This document shows, piece by piece, positions 46,517 to 54,641 of a DNA stretch of 64,000 nucleotides. How positions within the stretch are numbered: position 1 is the stretch's first letter; each line of letters starts with the position of its first letter. Both the position numbers and the translations under genes were made by a program. Where the stretch lies: assembly GCA_964581905.1 (NCBI GenBank), contig CAZOQJ010000001.1:21653-85652 (forward strand), in the 5' to 3' direction. The notes below the pieces were generated by a model. That model had not been told where the DNA came from. It ran no database searches and worked only from the letters and a program-made list of their open reading frames with translations. The stretch comes from an uncultured Pirellulales bacterium. GTDB lineage: Bacteria > Planctomycetota > Phycisphaerae > Sedimentisphaerales > Anaerobacaceae.

Positions 46517-46568
46517 GTTGTTCTTTCACGTGCTTCGAGTTTTTACTTGCTTAGAGCACATTGCATAA

Positions 46569-47789
46569 TCACAAATGTACTAACCGCTCGGATTTACTCA
46601 GCAGGTCATCAAAGCCCTTGGATTTTAAAAATGCTTGTCTATTAACAATAATATACTTCCCACCTCTGCAAACTGCTATATTAATTCCGCTGTCCTTAAG
46701 CCGCTGCATTGCCTCTAAAATCTCCTGCCAGCCAGTTGGCCTGTGGACAAAAACTACGTACTTACCTTGTGCCTGTCTCGCTATATCAATACAGGACTGG
46801 TCGAAGTTGAGCTTTCCTATAACTACTATGATTTTAAGAGATTCTTTCAGAGACTCTAAGTGGGTCGGCTCAATATGTTCGAAACGCTCTTTGGTCAAAA
46901 GCAGCTCATAATCTGCCGGCAGATGTTGTGTAGTAAAAGGCTGAAGATATAAATTCACTATTGGAGAGTCCGGTTCGCAAAGGAAAAAAATCGAGCATTT
47001 TTTACCTGGCTTGTCCATCGGCTCTATAAATTCGGGCGGCAGCGTCTGATAGTCAAGACCAGCGGCTCCAGTTAGAGGTTCTTCGCCATAAAAATGGATA
47101 AAATCCCTGCGTATTGTCTGTGCCTTGCTTTGGTGTGGTATGAAAGCCATATCCCCTGCATAATGAATGAAGTAAGCATCGTATCGTTTATTCTGCACAT
47201 CGGGGACCCCACGGTCCATTCTGTTCCAGTGGCAGGACATGCTCTCGAACTTAATACCTTTTGTGAAGACCATATAGTTCATGCTCGTCTGCTCGGGGAA
47301 TTTACGCATTTGTGGTGTTTCGGGCAGGTCCTTGATGCCTTTGGTAAAGTCTTTGAAGTTTTTGCTGATAATTACCACACCCGAATTGAAATACTTATAC
47401 ATGCCCCTTTCATTTTTGGGCCAGTCTATCCCTTCCTTTATTCCGTTAACGATAGGGTCTCTGTTCATCATTTCGTCAGGGAAGTTTTCGTCGAAGGCGT
47501 ACAAAGTATCCATATCAGGATAACATTCGAATATATTTGGCGCATTCGGTGTTATCAGGATGTCCCTGTCCAGGAGCAAGATACGGTCATAACCTATATT
47601 AAAGAGTCTGAAGCACTGATGCTTTTCAAAGGGTGGGTAAAGAAAACGAATAGCAGGCTGTTCACAAACGAAGTAACTGGCGTTGTACTTCCTGGCATAG
47701 AATTGAGCACTTAACATCGCAGGAAGATAATCTAAGTCATCCCCGATATTGACCGTGAATATAGCAGTCTTTGTTTTCATAAAGCTCAT
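46569..47789 (-). CDS. GT8-like (GT-A, DxD) glycosyltransferase with C-terminal extension
   Basis: 406 aa. ILLLDRDILITPN (DxD) and YFNSGVVIISKNF resemble glycogenin/LPS GT8 motifs. Confidence 0.6.
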   Translation of the reverse strand: MSFMKTKTAIFTVNIGDDLDYLPAMLSAQFYARKYNASYFVCEQPAIRFLYPPFEKHQCFRLFNIGYDRILLLDRDILITPNAPNIFECYPDMDTLYAFDENFPDEMMNRDPIVNGIKEGIDWPKNERGMYKYFNSGVVIISKNFKDFTKGIKDLPETPQMRKFPEQTSMNYMVFTKGIKFESMSCHWNRMDRGVPDVQNKRYDAYFIHYAGDMAFIPHQSKAQTIRRDFIHFYGEEPLTGAAGLDYQTLPPEFIEPMDKPGKKCSIFFLCEPDSPIVNLYLQPFTTQHLPADYELLLTKERFEHIEPTHLESLKESLKIIVVIGKLNFDQSCIDIARQAQGKYVVFVHRPTGWQEILEAMQRLKDSGINIAVCRGGKYIIVNRQAFLKSKGFDDLLSKSERLVHL

Positions 47790-48028
47790 ATTATCGGCTC
47801 ACAAACTTATCTGGTAAAGCAAAAATCAAAAAACAATCAAATCAGAAACCCGGCTGTTCTTTTGCCGGTTGGGTTAACATCCCTTGCCGGAAGTAAATTC
47901 TGCGGAAAATCGGCTGATTTTATATTTTTTTTGCGGGTTGTTTTCCTTCGGCACGCAATTATCAGTATCAACAAAGCCATCTTTATAAGCCGGGCTATTT
48001 TGCCTCTATCTTCAGTAAAAGAAAGCTC

Positions 48029-48055
48029 TTAAGTTTTTCTTTTCTTCATCGAAAA
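48029..48055 (+). promoter_or_regulatory. sigma-28 (FliA)-type promoter candidate for flagellin
   Basis: TTAAGT-N15-CGAAAA has the same hexamer and the same 15-nt spacing as the fliD candidate at 25924..25950. About 105 nt upstream of the flagellin ATG. Confidence 0.55.
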
Positions 48056-48161
48056 TTTATTTTGAAGGGACTTTTCGAGTGATGTGGCCACGGTGTGTAA
48101 AATTGATAATTGGATTTTAACGGCCAAAAAAATGAACGTTTGTTTTTTAAGGAGTTGAGTT

Positions 48162-48977
48162 ATGTTAGCAATTAAAAACAATTTAATGTCAGTAAATGCT
48201 GCTCGACAGTTGTCGAAAAACTATGAAGCATTAGCCAAGTCTGTCGAAAGGCTGTCCTCCGGTCTGCGAATCAACAGTGCCAAGGACGACGCAGCCGGCC
48301 TGGCTGTCCGTGAGTTAATGCGGGCGGACATCGCCGTTCTTACGCAGGGTGCACGTAATGCACGGGACGGTATTAGTATGCTACAAACTATGGAAGGTGC
48401 TATGGCAGTCATAGATGACGCTCTGGTACGTATGCAGTCACTGGCTGAACAAGCTGCGACTGGTTCGTATTCGTCTGCACAGCGAGGCATTATGCATCAG
48501 GAGTTTGACGAGATGCGGCTTGAGATAGACCGTGTCGCCGCTGCCACAAAGTTCAATGGAATCGCCATGCTCAACAACACAAGCACCAGGTCAATACACT
48601 TTGGTGAGTTAAGCACGGATAAGATTGACATCACCGGCAGCGATATGACCAGTGCTTCAGGCGGCCTTGCCCTTACAGGCCTGACCATTGCTAATACGAC
48701 CAGTGCCAAGGGTGCCTTGGCGACCTTGGAGACCGCAATCGGCACTAAGGACTCTGCTCGTGCCAAGTTCGGTTACAAGATGAACCGTCTGGAGAGCACT
48801 GTAAGCGTTATCAGCATTCAGGCTGAGAATCTCCTGGCAGCTGAGTCGCGTGTCTCTGATGTCGATGTGGCTACCGAGATGGCAGATATGACCAAGAACC
48901 AGGTGTTGGCACAGGCTGGTATCGCGATGCTGTCTCAGGCCAATGCAATCCCGCAGATGGCACTGAACTTACTGTAA
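48162..48977 (+). CDS. fliC: flagellin (short, 271 aa, no large variable domain)
   Basis: AAGGAG RBS. N-terminus RLSSGLRINSAKDDAAGLAVRELMRADI and C-terminus MTKNQVLAQAGIAMLSQANAIPQMALNLL. The central part is Ser/Thr-rich. Confidence 0.96.
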   Translation: MLAIKNNLMSVNAARQLSKNYEALAKSVERLSSGLRINSAKDDAAGLAVRELMRADIAVLTQGARNARDGISMLQTMEGAMAVIDDALVRMQSLAEQAATGSYSSAQRGIMHQEFDEMRLEIDRVAAATKFNGIAMLNNTSTRSIHFGELSTDKIDITGSDMTSASGGLALTGLTIANTTSAKGALATLETAIGTKDSARAKFGYKMNRLESTVSVISIQAENLLAAESRVSDVDVATEMADMTKNQVLAQAGIAMLSQANAIPQMALNLL

Positions 48978-49027
48978 CGGAAAACAACTTGGTTTTATAG
49001 TCCGACCAGTTTTCTCCGACAATAGTT

Positions 49028-49065
49028 GGGGGGATGATCGTTGCACAGACAACGGTCATCTCCCC
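49028..49065 (+). terminator. imperfect hairpin downstream of flagellin (terminator-like)
   Basis: GGGGGGATGATCGTTG-CACAGA-CAACGGTCATCTCCCC lies ~50 nt after the flagellin stop. The stem has a few mismatches and the T-tract is weak. Confidence 0.4.
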
Positions 49066-49168
49066 ATAGTTTAAAACAACATATAAAGAGTTATAAAGCA
49101 TCGGTTTGGAAACGGCCTTAAAATCTTACTGTCGGAACTTCAGGGGGAAAGTATTAAGGAGTAATACA

Positions 49169-49528
49169 ATGGACCAGGTTTCTGTATACAAGGAAACGTC
49201 AGTTTCGACACAAAACAAAGGCCGGCTCGTCGTTATGCTGTACGATGGCGCGATTAAATTTATGAGGTTGGCAATCAAGGCGTTAGAAGCGGGCGACAAC
49301 GAAGCAAAGAGCCGGTATATAAACAAAGCCCTCGATGTTATCAATGAACTCAATGCAGTATTAAATACCCACGAAGGCGGTGAAATAGCTGCTAACCTTC
49401 GCAAACTTTACCTGTTTATGAGCAATCGTCTCGCCGAGGCCGATATAAAACGCGACCCCCAAAGGATTCGGGATGTCATTTCTTTAATGGAAGAGCTTAA
49501 CCAGGGCTGGAAAGCTATTACAAGCTAA
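49169..49528 (+). CDS. fliS: flagellin-specific chaperone FliS
   Basis: The ATG at 49169 is preceded by AAGGAG. GRLVVMLYDGAIKFMRLA and LRKLYLFMSNRLAEADIKRD are typical of FliS. Confidence 0.9.
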   Translation: MDQVSVYKETSVSTQNKGRLVVMLYDGAIKFMRLAIKALEAGDNEAKSRYINKALDVINELNAVLNTHEGGEIAANLRKLYLFMSNRLAEADIKRDPQRIRDVISLMEELNQGWKAITS

Positions 49529-49941
49529 GAGTTGTCAAAGCTGATAAACCGTCGCTCGCCGCCGCATGAGCAGGCAAAGAGCTGTGAAATCTTTTCAATT
49601 GAGGCTGGCAGAATACTTCTTCCAGTGAACTTGGAATTTCTAACAAAATGAGACACATCAGCAGGGAGGTTTATTGTTATCCACCTACCCCACGCATTTT
49701 GGGACAGTTGCTTAAGGTTTGCGGAAACTGATTCTAAGTGTCCATCTCCTGAGGACGTTAGAGTGGTATAATTCAGCGCCCTTTGGGGTTTGAATCCTGA
49801 TGCTGGGCTATTCGTAACTCTAAATAGGACAGTATAAGGATAGTTGGAAACACAGAGTGAAGGAATTGATTGGCGAAAAAGTGGCTCAAGCAGAGAAAAT
49901 GTGTTATCATAGGATGGAGAAGAGCAGAACCTATTTTAAGA

Positions 49942-50475
49942 TTACATTGCCTTACCTGGTTTGAGGGCTGATATTTGTATCACCGTATCAAGCAAGTTCG
50001 GATTAGTTGTGCTCTTTCTTGTGTAAAAACTTTTTATCCACAGAAAGTGCTCTGAAGATTTGGTTTTGAGAAGAAACTCAATAAGCTGCTTAAGTGTTAG
50101 ATTTTCCAATTTGGTTTCGACACTGACCTCGCAGTGGTTTGAGTCCAGTTGCAATATCTCTTGTTTCATCGTTGCGACTTTTCCTACAAAACCCAGCTCC
50201 GTGGTTATTGACTCTAAAAACGTGAGAACTTCGAATTCTCCTTCCTCCGAGGCAACTTTTCTTTCTATATCATCCAACTTGGCTCGCAAGGCAAGATACT
50301 GTGTGCTCTTTGCTCGAAGCTCGTCAAGCTCTCGTTGTTTTTCAGGGATTACTCGATTGAGCGTCTCTATACGCTCGATAGCAGGCCTGATGCTAAACAC
50401 AAACAGCACCCAGACTGCTGTAAAGACCAGCAGGCCAACAGTCAACCAACGCTCTCTATGTGTCAACCGTATCAT
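49942..50475 (-). CDS. gspM: T2SS assembly-platform protein GspM-like (PilO-like)
   Basis: 177 aa with one N-terminal TM helix, then a coiled coil. Last gene of the gsp block. Confidence 0.6.
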   Translation of the reverse strand: MIRLTHRERWLTVGLLVFTAVWVLFVFSIRPAIERIETLNRVIPEKQRELDELRAKSTQYLALRAKLDDIERKVASEEGEFEVLTFLESITTELGFVGKVATMKQEILQLDSNHCEVSVETKLENLTLKQLIEFLLKTKSSEHFLWIKSFYTRKSTTNPNLLDTVIQISALKPGKAM

Positions 50476-50477
50476 TT

Positions 50478-51941
50478 TTACTCCAGCGTCGTTAATGATA
50501 TTAAAATAGTAAAATGAACCAGCTCGCCGTCATGTTCCCTTCGAATATCCTGGACATCCGCAGTTGAAAATTGTGGTGCATCCTGCAATAGTCGTTGCCA
50601 CTTATACAAGGGTTCAAACGACCGAGAAACCCCTGTCAATCGGACAGAATTGGTAGTTATCAGCATGCTGTCAACATTAATATTTAGCCCTGAAGGGAGA
50701 CTTTTAGTAATCGCATACAGGATTTCAGCTGGCCCAACGGCAGAAGGGCCGAACATCGCATGATTTTTTTGCGAGGATTGCAATTTCTGCTCTAACTGGG
50801 CAAGCGGGTTTACAATATTTTTTTCTTCCGGCAGTGTTTGTTGAAAAATTTCTTTGATTTCGTTTTTTATATGTGTGTATCTCGTTTCTAAATGTGACAA
50901 TCGTATAAATAGTCCAACAAGTGATATAACGGCAATCGCAGCCACAAGTGTTGCGCATATTGTTAAATCCTTTTTCAAGTCCAATGTGGGCTTTACGTCA
51001 GCGTTATCATCCTTAAGAAAATTTACACCCAGAGTTTCCTCAGGTGCCAATGCCCTCAAAGCAAGACCTTCAGCAACACATATTGAGGCATCGCTGTTGC
51101 TATCTGGTGAGCTTTCTACTCTGGCATAAGGGTTGACAGTGATTGCCTGACAGTGCAGATTTTCCTCAACAAGCGTTTCGAAACCGTCATAGGCATGGTT
51201 TCCACTTGCCAGATAAATTCTGGTATCCTCCTCGATTTCGCACCCGAACACTTTTTGCCAGGTAATTTTTGCTTCATTTGACAGCGTTTCCGCAACGCAT
51301 TTTTGAGCTAAACCAGTATCGTTATCGGATGGACTATCGATTATAATATTTCTAACGATTAAAATATTATTGTCCTGAGTAATTGCCAAAGCGAGATAAC
51401 GTTTATCTACATACGCAATAATGGCTTTGCCGGCCGTTATTTCGGGATGATTAACCGTAACCGTCGAATGGATTGCAAAAATTACAGCATCCACAAAAGC
51501 AGGATTCATCCTCGTACCAGCTAATGTATTTAGTCTTTCGTGCAGCGATTCCCTCGCAACCGCTGCAGTGAGAGCAAAATACTCCCCGCCCGGCAGCTGG
51601 TGGTGCGAGCATATCTGGGCAACAATTTCATTCGGTTGTATTGGGAAATTGTGCTCTAATGCGGACTCGGTAAGTTCATGGACTTGTTCTGCATCGGCAG
51701 AACAAGCTGCCAGATTTCGAAAGAAAACAGTATTATGTGGCATTGATATTGCCACTTCCGCACGCCGGTCAAACCCATGCCGGCTGGCTAACGACTTGAG
51801 TATACCCGGCATAGAGTCTGAGCTTCTGCGGGTTGGTGTGCTGAGGGCTTTTTCAATGCGGAACTGTCCATCTGTGCGCGAGACCTGCACCGCACGCAAA
51901 CCGGAAGAACCAAAATCTATACCAATACTTCGCTTAATCAT
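50478..51941 (-). CDS. gspL: T2SS assembly-platform protein GspL-like (PilM-type actin-like domain + TM + PilN-like)
   Basis: 487 aa. N-terminus SIGIDFGSSGLRAVQV (actin-like fold), a mid-protein TM helix ICATLVAAIAVISLVGLFI, and a periplasmic C-terminus. Confidence 0.7.
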   Translation of the reverse strand: MIKRSIGIDFGSSGLRAVQVSRTDGQFRIEKALSTPTRRSSDSMPGILKSLASRHGFDRRAEVAISMPHNTVFFRNLAACSADAEQVHELTESALEHNFPIQPNEIVAQICSHHQLPGGEYFALTAAVARESLHERLNTLAGTRMNPAFVDAVIFAIHSTVTVNHPEITAGKAIIAYVDKRYLALAITQDNNILIVRNIIIDSPSDNDTGLAQKCVAETLSNEAKITWQKVFGCEIEEDTRIYLASGNHAYDGFETLVEENLHCQAITVNPYARVESSPDSNSDASICVAEGLALRALAPEETLGVNFLKDDNADVKPTLDLKKDLTICATLVAAIAVISLVGLFIRLSHLETRYTHIKNEIKEIFQQTLPEEKNIVNPLAQLEQKLQSSQKNHAMFGPSAVGPAEILYAITKSLPSGLNINVDSMLITTNSVRLTGVSRSFEPLYKWQRLLQDAPQFSTADVQDIRREHDGELVHFTILISLTTLE

Positions 51942-51955
51942 TGTTTTTTCGGTTT

Positions 51956-52975
51956 TTATCTAATGGATGCCACAGTTGTAAATCCTTGTAGCTCTTTGTA
52001 TAAAATCACCTCAACGGTTTTCGTTTTCACATTTTTTTTGAGTGTCGCAGATATTTCACGGCTGAGGCAGTCAAAATTTCCCCGTGCTGTGACATGATAG
52101 TATCTATCTTTAGGGCTGACAGTAGCTGTATTTTTAATCGTGTAGTAAACGCTGTCTGTCATTCCGGGAATATCTCGCAGTTCCGTGATGCTGTCAAAGG
52201 GTTTAATTCTTCGCCGGTCAATGATTAGCTGTGCCAATATAGGGTCCATTTTTTCTGACAAACTCTCAATCACTCGCTTCGAAGCACAATTAATGTTGAT
52301 TTCTCCATCGCCGTGGACTGTTACATAATCACGCATGCTGTCAAAAGCATCTGGTGTTACCGCTTTGACCAGCAGGAGTTCTTCAACCGTATCAAGCGGG
52401 GCGTTTTTGCATCTGTATGGGTGGGCTAACCCTGCATAGTAGCCTGACTCTGCTCCTGAATTTTCGTGTTTTATAAAGGGCAGATATGTAACCTCATCAT
52501 CGCTATCGGTCCAATCGATGATTGAGCAGACCAGGCCATAGCCAATATGAGAATGTCCGGCACGCTCCTTATTAATCAGGTCGATTAGCCGAAGTAACTG
52601 TTCTATTCTGTTTCGATTCAATTTGCCGTTCTTATCTTTTAATAGATTCACGTTCAATTTGCCGCTTTCTTCGGCAATAGTTACAGAGCAGTTTCCATCA
52701 CCGACATCGAAGATATTTTCCCCTGTAAATAGATTCGGTACCATCTTGTTTGTATGGAAGTTGTTGACATCCCTGGCAGCAGCGATTGCAATATTCAGTC
52801 CTGCCCTTGCGCAATTTAGTGCCTGCAAGGATTTTCGAAAATCGTCTGCCGTGCGGAGGCTGGTACGGGATTTATAGTTGAAAGCAAGCAGCAGTCCTCC
52901 CAGCATAATGACCATACACAGGACAACTACGACTATAAATCCTCTTTGCTCTGCTTTTACCCGTTTCAGTCTCAT
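51956..52975 (-). CDS. gspK: T2SS minor pseudopilin GspK
   Basis: 339 aa. RGFIVVVVLCMVIMLGGLLLAF leader and ALNCARAGLNIAIAAA. Size and gene order fit GspK. Confidence 0.8.
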   Translation of the reverse strand: MRLKRVKAEQRGFIVVVVLCMVIMLGGLLLAFNYKSRTSLRTADDFRKSLQALNCARAGLNIAIAAARDVNNFHTNKMVPNLFTGENIFDVGDGNCSVTIAEESGKLNVNLLKDKNGKLNRNRIEQLLRLIDLINKERAGHSHIGYGLVCSIIDWTDSDDEVTYLPFIKHENSGAESGYYAGLAHPYRCKNAPLDTVEELLLVKAVTPDAFDSMRDYVTVHGDGEININCASKRVIESLSEKMDPILAQLIIDRRRIKPFDSITELRDIPGMTDSVYYTIKNTATVSPKDRYYHVTARGNFDCLSREISATLKKNVKTKTVEVILYKELQGFTTVASIR

Positions 52976-53697
52976 GGCTTGTTAACCGATACTAATATCT
53001 CTGTTCGAGCCTCTTTACCTTGATTCATTTGGCAGCATACGTATGCGACAGTGCTGCAGTGACATTGTCGGTAATTTTCATCCTCACAGTTGATTCCAAT
53101 TTTTACAGCAAACGGCAGTTTCATCTTGTCTTTAAAATCCCACTTGTTTAGCCATTGCTGTCCGTCAAAAAATGACAATTCAATGCACTCGATGTTTCTT
53201 GCAATCTGTCGCCAGTTTCTTTTTTTCGCAACATTCTCAGATGCGCCGATAAATCTTTCCTGGCTTAAAAAGAGTGTGCCTTTTCTTTTATCAAATTTAT
53301 AAATGACCTCGAATAACCCATCTGTTGCCCCCCGGCCTCCTGAAACCCTGCTCGTAGTTACCAGATGCAAAATTTCCCCGGTTGGTTCGTCAGGGTTGCC
53401 CTTAAAATAATGACTGACTTCATTTTTTTGTGTTTTATTTCCCATCTGAGAAATTGATGTCACCTGGTATGTCTGTTTCTCGTCCGTTCCGGGATACGAG
53501 CAGCGTATTTGTCGGGCCATCTGCTCCAGCACGTTCCGGCCCTGTTGATAGAGTGTCATTTTGGCCTTGCATATTTGTGTTGATTTCGACGTTGCAAAAT
53601 AGCTCCCGTACACCATAGAGACAATAGTAACGATTATCGTCATTGCTACGAGAATTTCGAGTAGTGTAAATCCATCTTTTTTAGACTTACTATTCAT
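52972..53697 (-). CDS. gspJ: T2SS minor pseudopilin GspJ-like
   Basis: 241 aa. Prepilin motif KKDGFTLLEILVAMTIIVTIV and C-terminal KLPFAVKIGI. Confidence 0.65.
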   Translation of the reverse strand: MNSKSKKDGFTLLEILVAMTIIVTIVSMVYGSYFATSKSTQICKAKMTLYQQGRNVLEQMARQIRCSYPGTDEKQTYQVTSISQMGNKTQKNEVSHYFKGNPDEPTGEILHLVTTSRVSGGRGATDGLFEVIYKFDKRKGTLFLSQERFIGASENVAKKRNWRQIARNIECIELSFFDGQQWLNKWDFKDKMKLPFAVKIGINCEDENYRQCHCSTVAYVCCQMNQGKEARTEILVSVNKP

Positions 53698-54154
53698 TTA
53701 ATTTCCTGTCGGCAACGTAAGTTGACATTTGCAGGTGCTTATTGCCCGTGCCCTGTTTCCAGTTTACATCAACAAGTACGCTTCGCAATCCGGCAATATC
53801 TACCTGGCCTGATTGAGACAAGCCCACATTTGTAACCTGAGTTTGCCAGTTCAGTGTTAAGCCGTTACTTTCCACCGTGCCGGAGTTACTTTCTAATTTT
53901 GGGTAGCCAGCAGCCAGGAGCTCTGCAATTTTCTCGTTTGCCAGGAGAACAGCCTGAGAGGTTATTTCTGCTGTCTCGAACATTCTAATGCTGATAAGAT
54001 GCAGCCTGAGCAGCGCCAGCATAGAAATTGAGACGATTGTAAGGGCTATGATAACCTCTATAAAAGTAAAGGCTTTCGTTCGCACAGCCGGTCCTGCCGG
54101 GCGTTTATCTTTACCTGTTGTGTTATCCTTGCTCATCGAGATTCCAGCTTTCAA
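53690..54154 (-). CDS. gspI: T2SS minor pseudopilin GspI-like
   Basis: 154 aa. Prepilin-like KAFTFIEVIIALTIVSISMLALL with Ala rather than Gly at -1. AVLLANEKIAEL is GspI-like. Confidence 0.6.
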   Translation of the reverse strand: MKAGISMSKDNTTGKDKRPAGPAVRTKAFTFIEVIIALTIVSISMLALLRLHLISIRMFETAEITSQAVLLANEKIAELLAAGYPKLESNSGTVESNGLTLNWQTQVTNVGLSQSGQVDIAGLRSVLVDVNWKQGTGNKHLQMSTYVADRKLNE

Positions 54155-54641
54155 TATCAGCGTTGTCCTCTATGCCGCCATCCTCGCCATCTTTGCCATA
54201 GGATTCTAGGTCATAATCTTTGCTCTGAACCCCTGGGCAGATGTAGATATATTTGTTGCCCCATGAGTCTGAGGGCGCTTTATCGAGATAGCCGTCTTTG
54301 TTATATCCCTTTATGCCTGGGTCACGGACAAGAGCTTCAAGCCCCTCGGAAGTAGTTGGAAAACGGCTTGTGTCGGTCTTAAATAAGGCCAATGCAGATT
54401 CGATATTGCGTATATCAATTTTGGCTTTCATCCTCCGGGCCTGCTCGGGCCTGCCTAATATCCTCGGCATAATTATGGTAGCCAAAATACCCAAAATCAC
54501 TACTACAATCATGAGCTCAATTAAGGTAAACCCCATCGATAGTCGATTACCGATTGCCGATTGCCGGTTGATGGCGGTGAATCGAAAATTCCCTGTGTTG
54601 TGTGATTGTTGCTTGTTTTTTCTCATCTTACAGAGCTCCAT
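54123..54641 (-). CDS. gspG: T2SS major pseudopilin GspG with unusually long leader
   Basis: GFTLIELMIVVVILGILATIIMPR and DSWGNKYIYICPG..YDLESYGKDGEDGG are canonical GspG. The start ATG overlaps the gspF stop (TAATG), giving a 37-aa pre-sequence. Confidence 0.9.
   Translation of the reverse strand: MELCKMRKNKQQSHNTGNFRFTAINRQSAIGNRLSMGFTLIELMIVVVILGILATIIMPRILGRPEQARRMKAKIDIRNIESALALFKTDTSRFPTTSEGLEALVRDPGIKGYNKDGYLDKAPSDSWGNKYIYICPGVQSKDYDLESYGKDGEDGGIEDNADIESWNLDEQG
54544..54571 (-). repeat. 7-bp tandem repeat (GCAATCG-like x4) inside the gspG leader codons
   Basis: The plus strand reads CGATTAC CGATTGC CGATTGC CGGTTGA. Two units are perfect and two are degenerate. Confidence 0.8.

Noticed and set aside
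46136-47714. 169-aa and 206-aa + strand ORFs (46136..46645, 47094..47714) opposite the GT4 and GT8-like genes
   Set aside because: These are shadow ORFs of confidently motif-bearing minus-strand genes, with no recognisable domains. The same reasoning applies to 50060..50509, 55224..55676, 56340..56804, 8367..8795 and 13122..13517.
47949-47963. CGGCACGCAATTATC upstream of flagellin as a sigma-54 site
   Set aside because: It lacks the TTGC -12 element at the right spacing. The sigma-28-type motif 70 nt downstream fits better and is shared with fliD.
54544-54571. Short tandem repeats (here and at 60911..60974) as a CRISPR array
   Set aside because: Units are 7-17 nt with no spacers of CRISPR size, they lie inside coding genes, and no cas genes are present.
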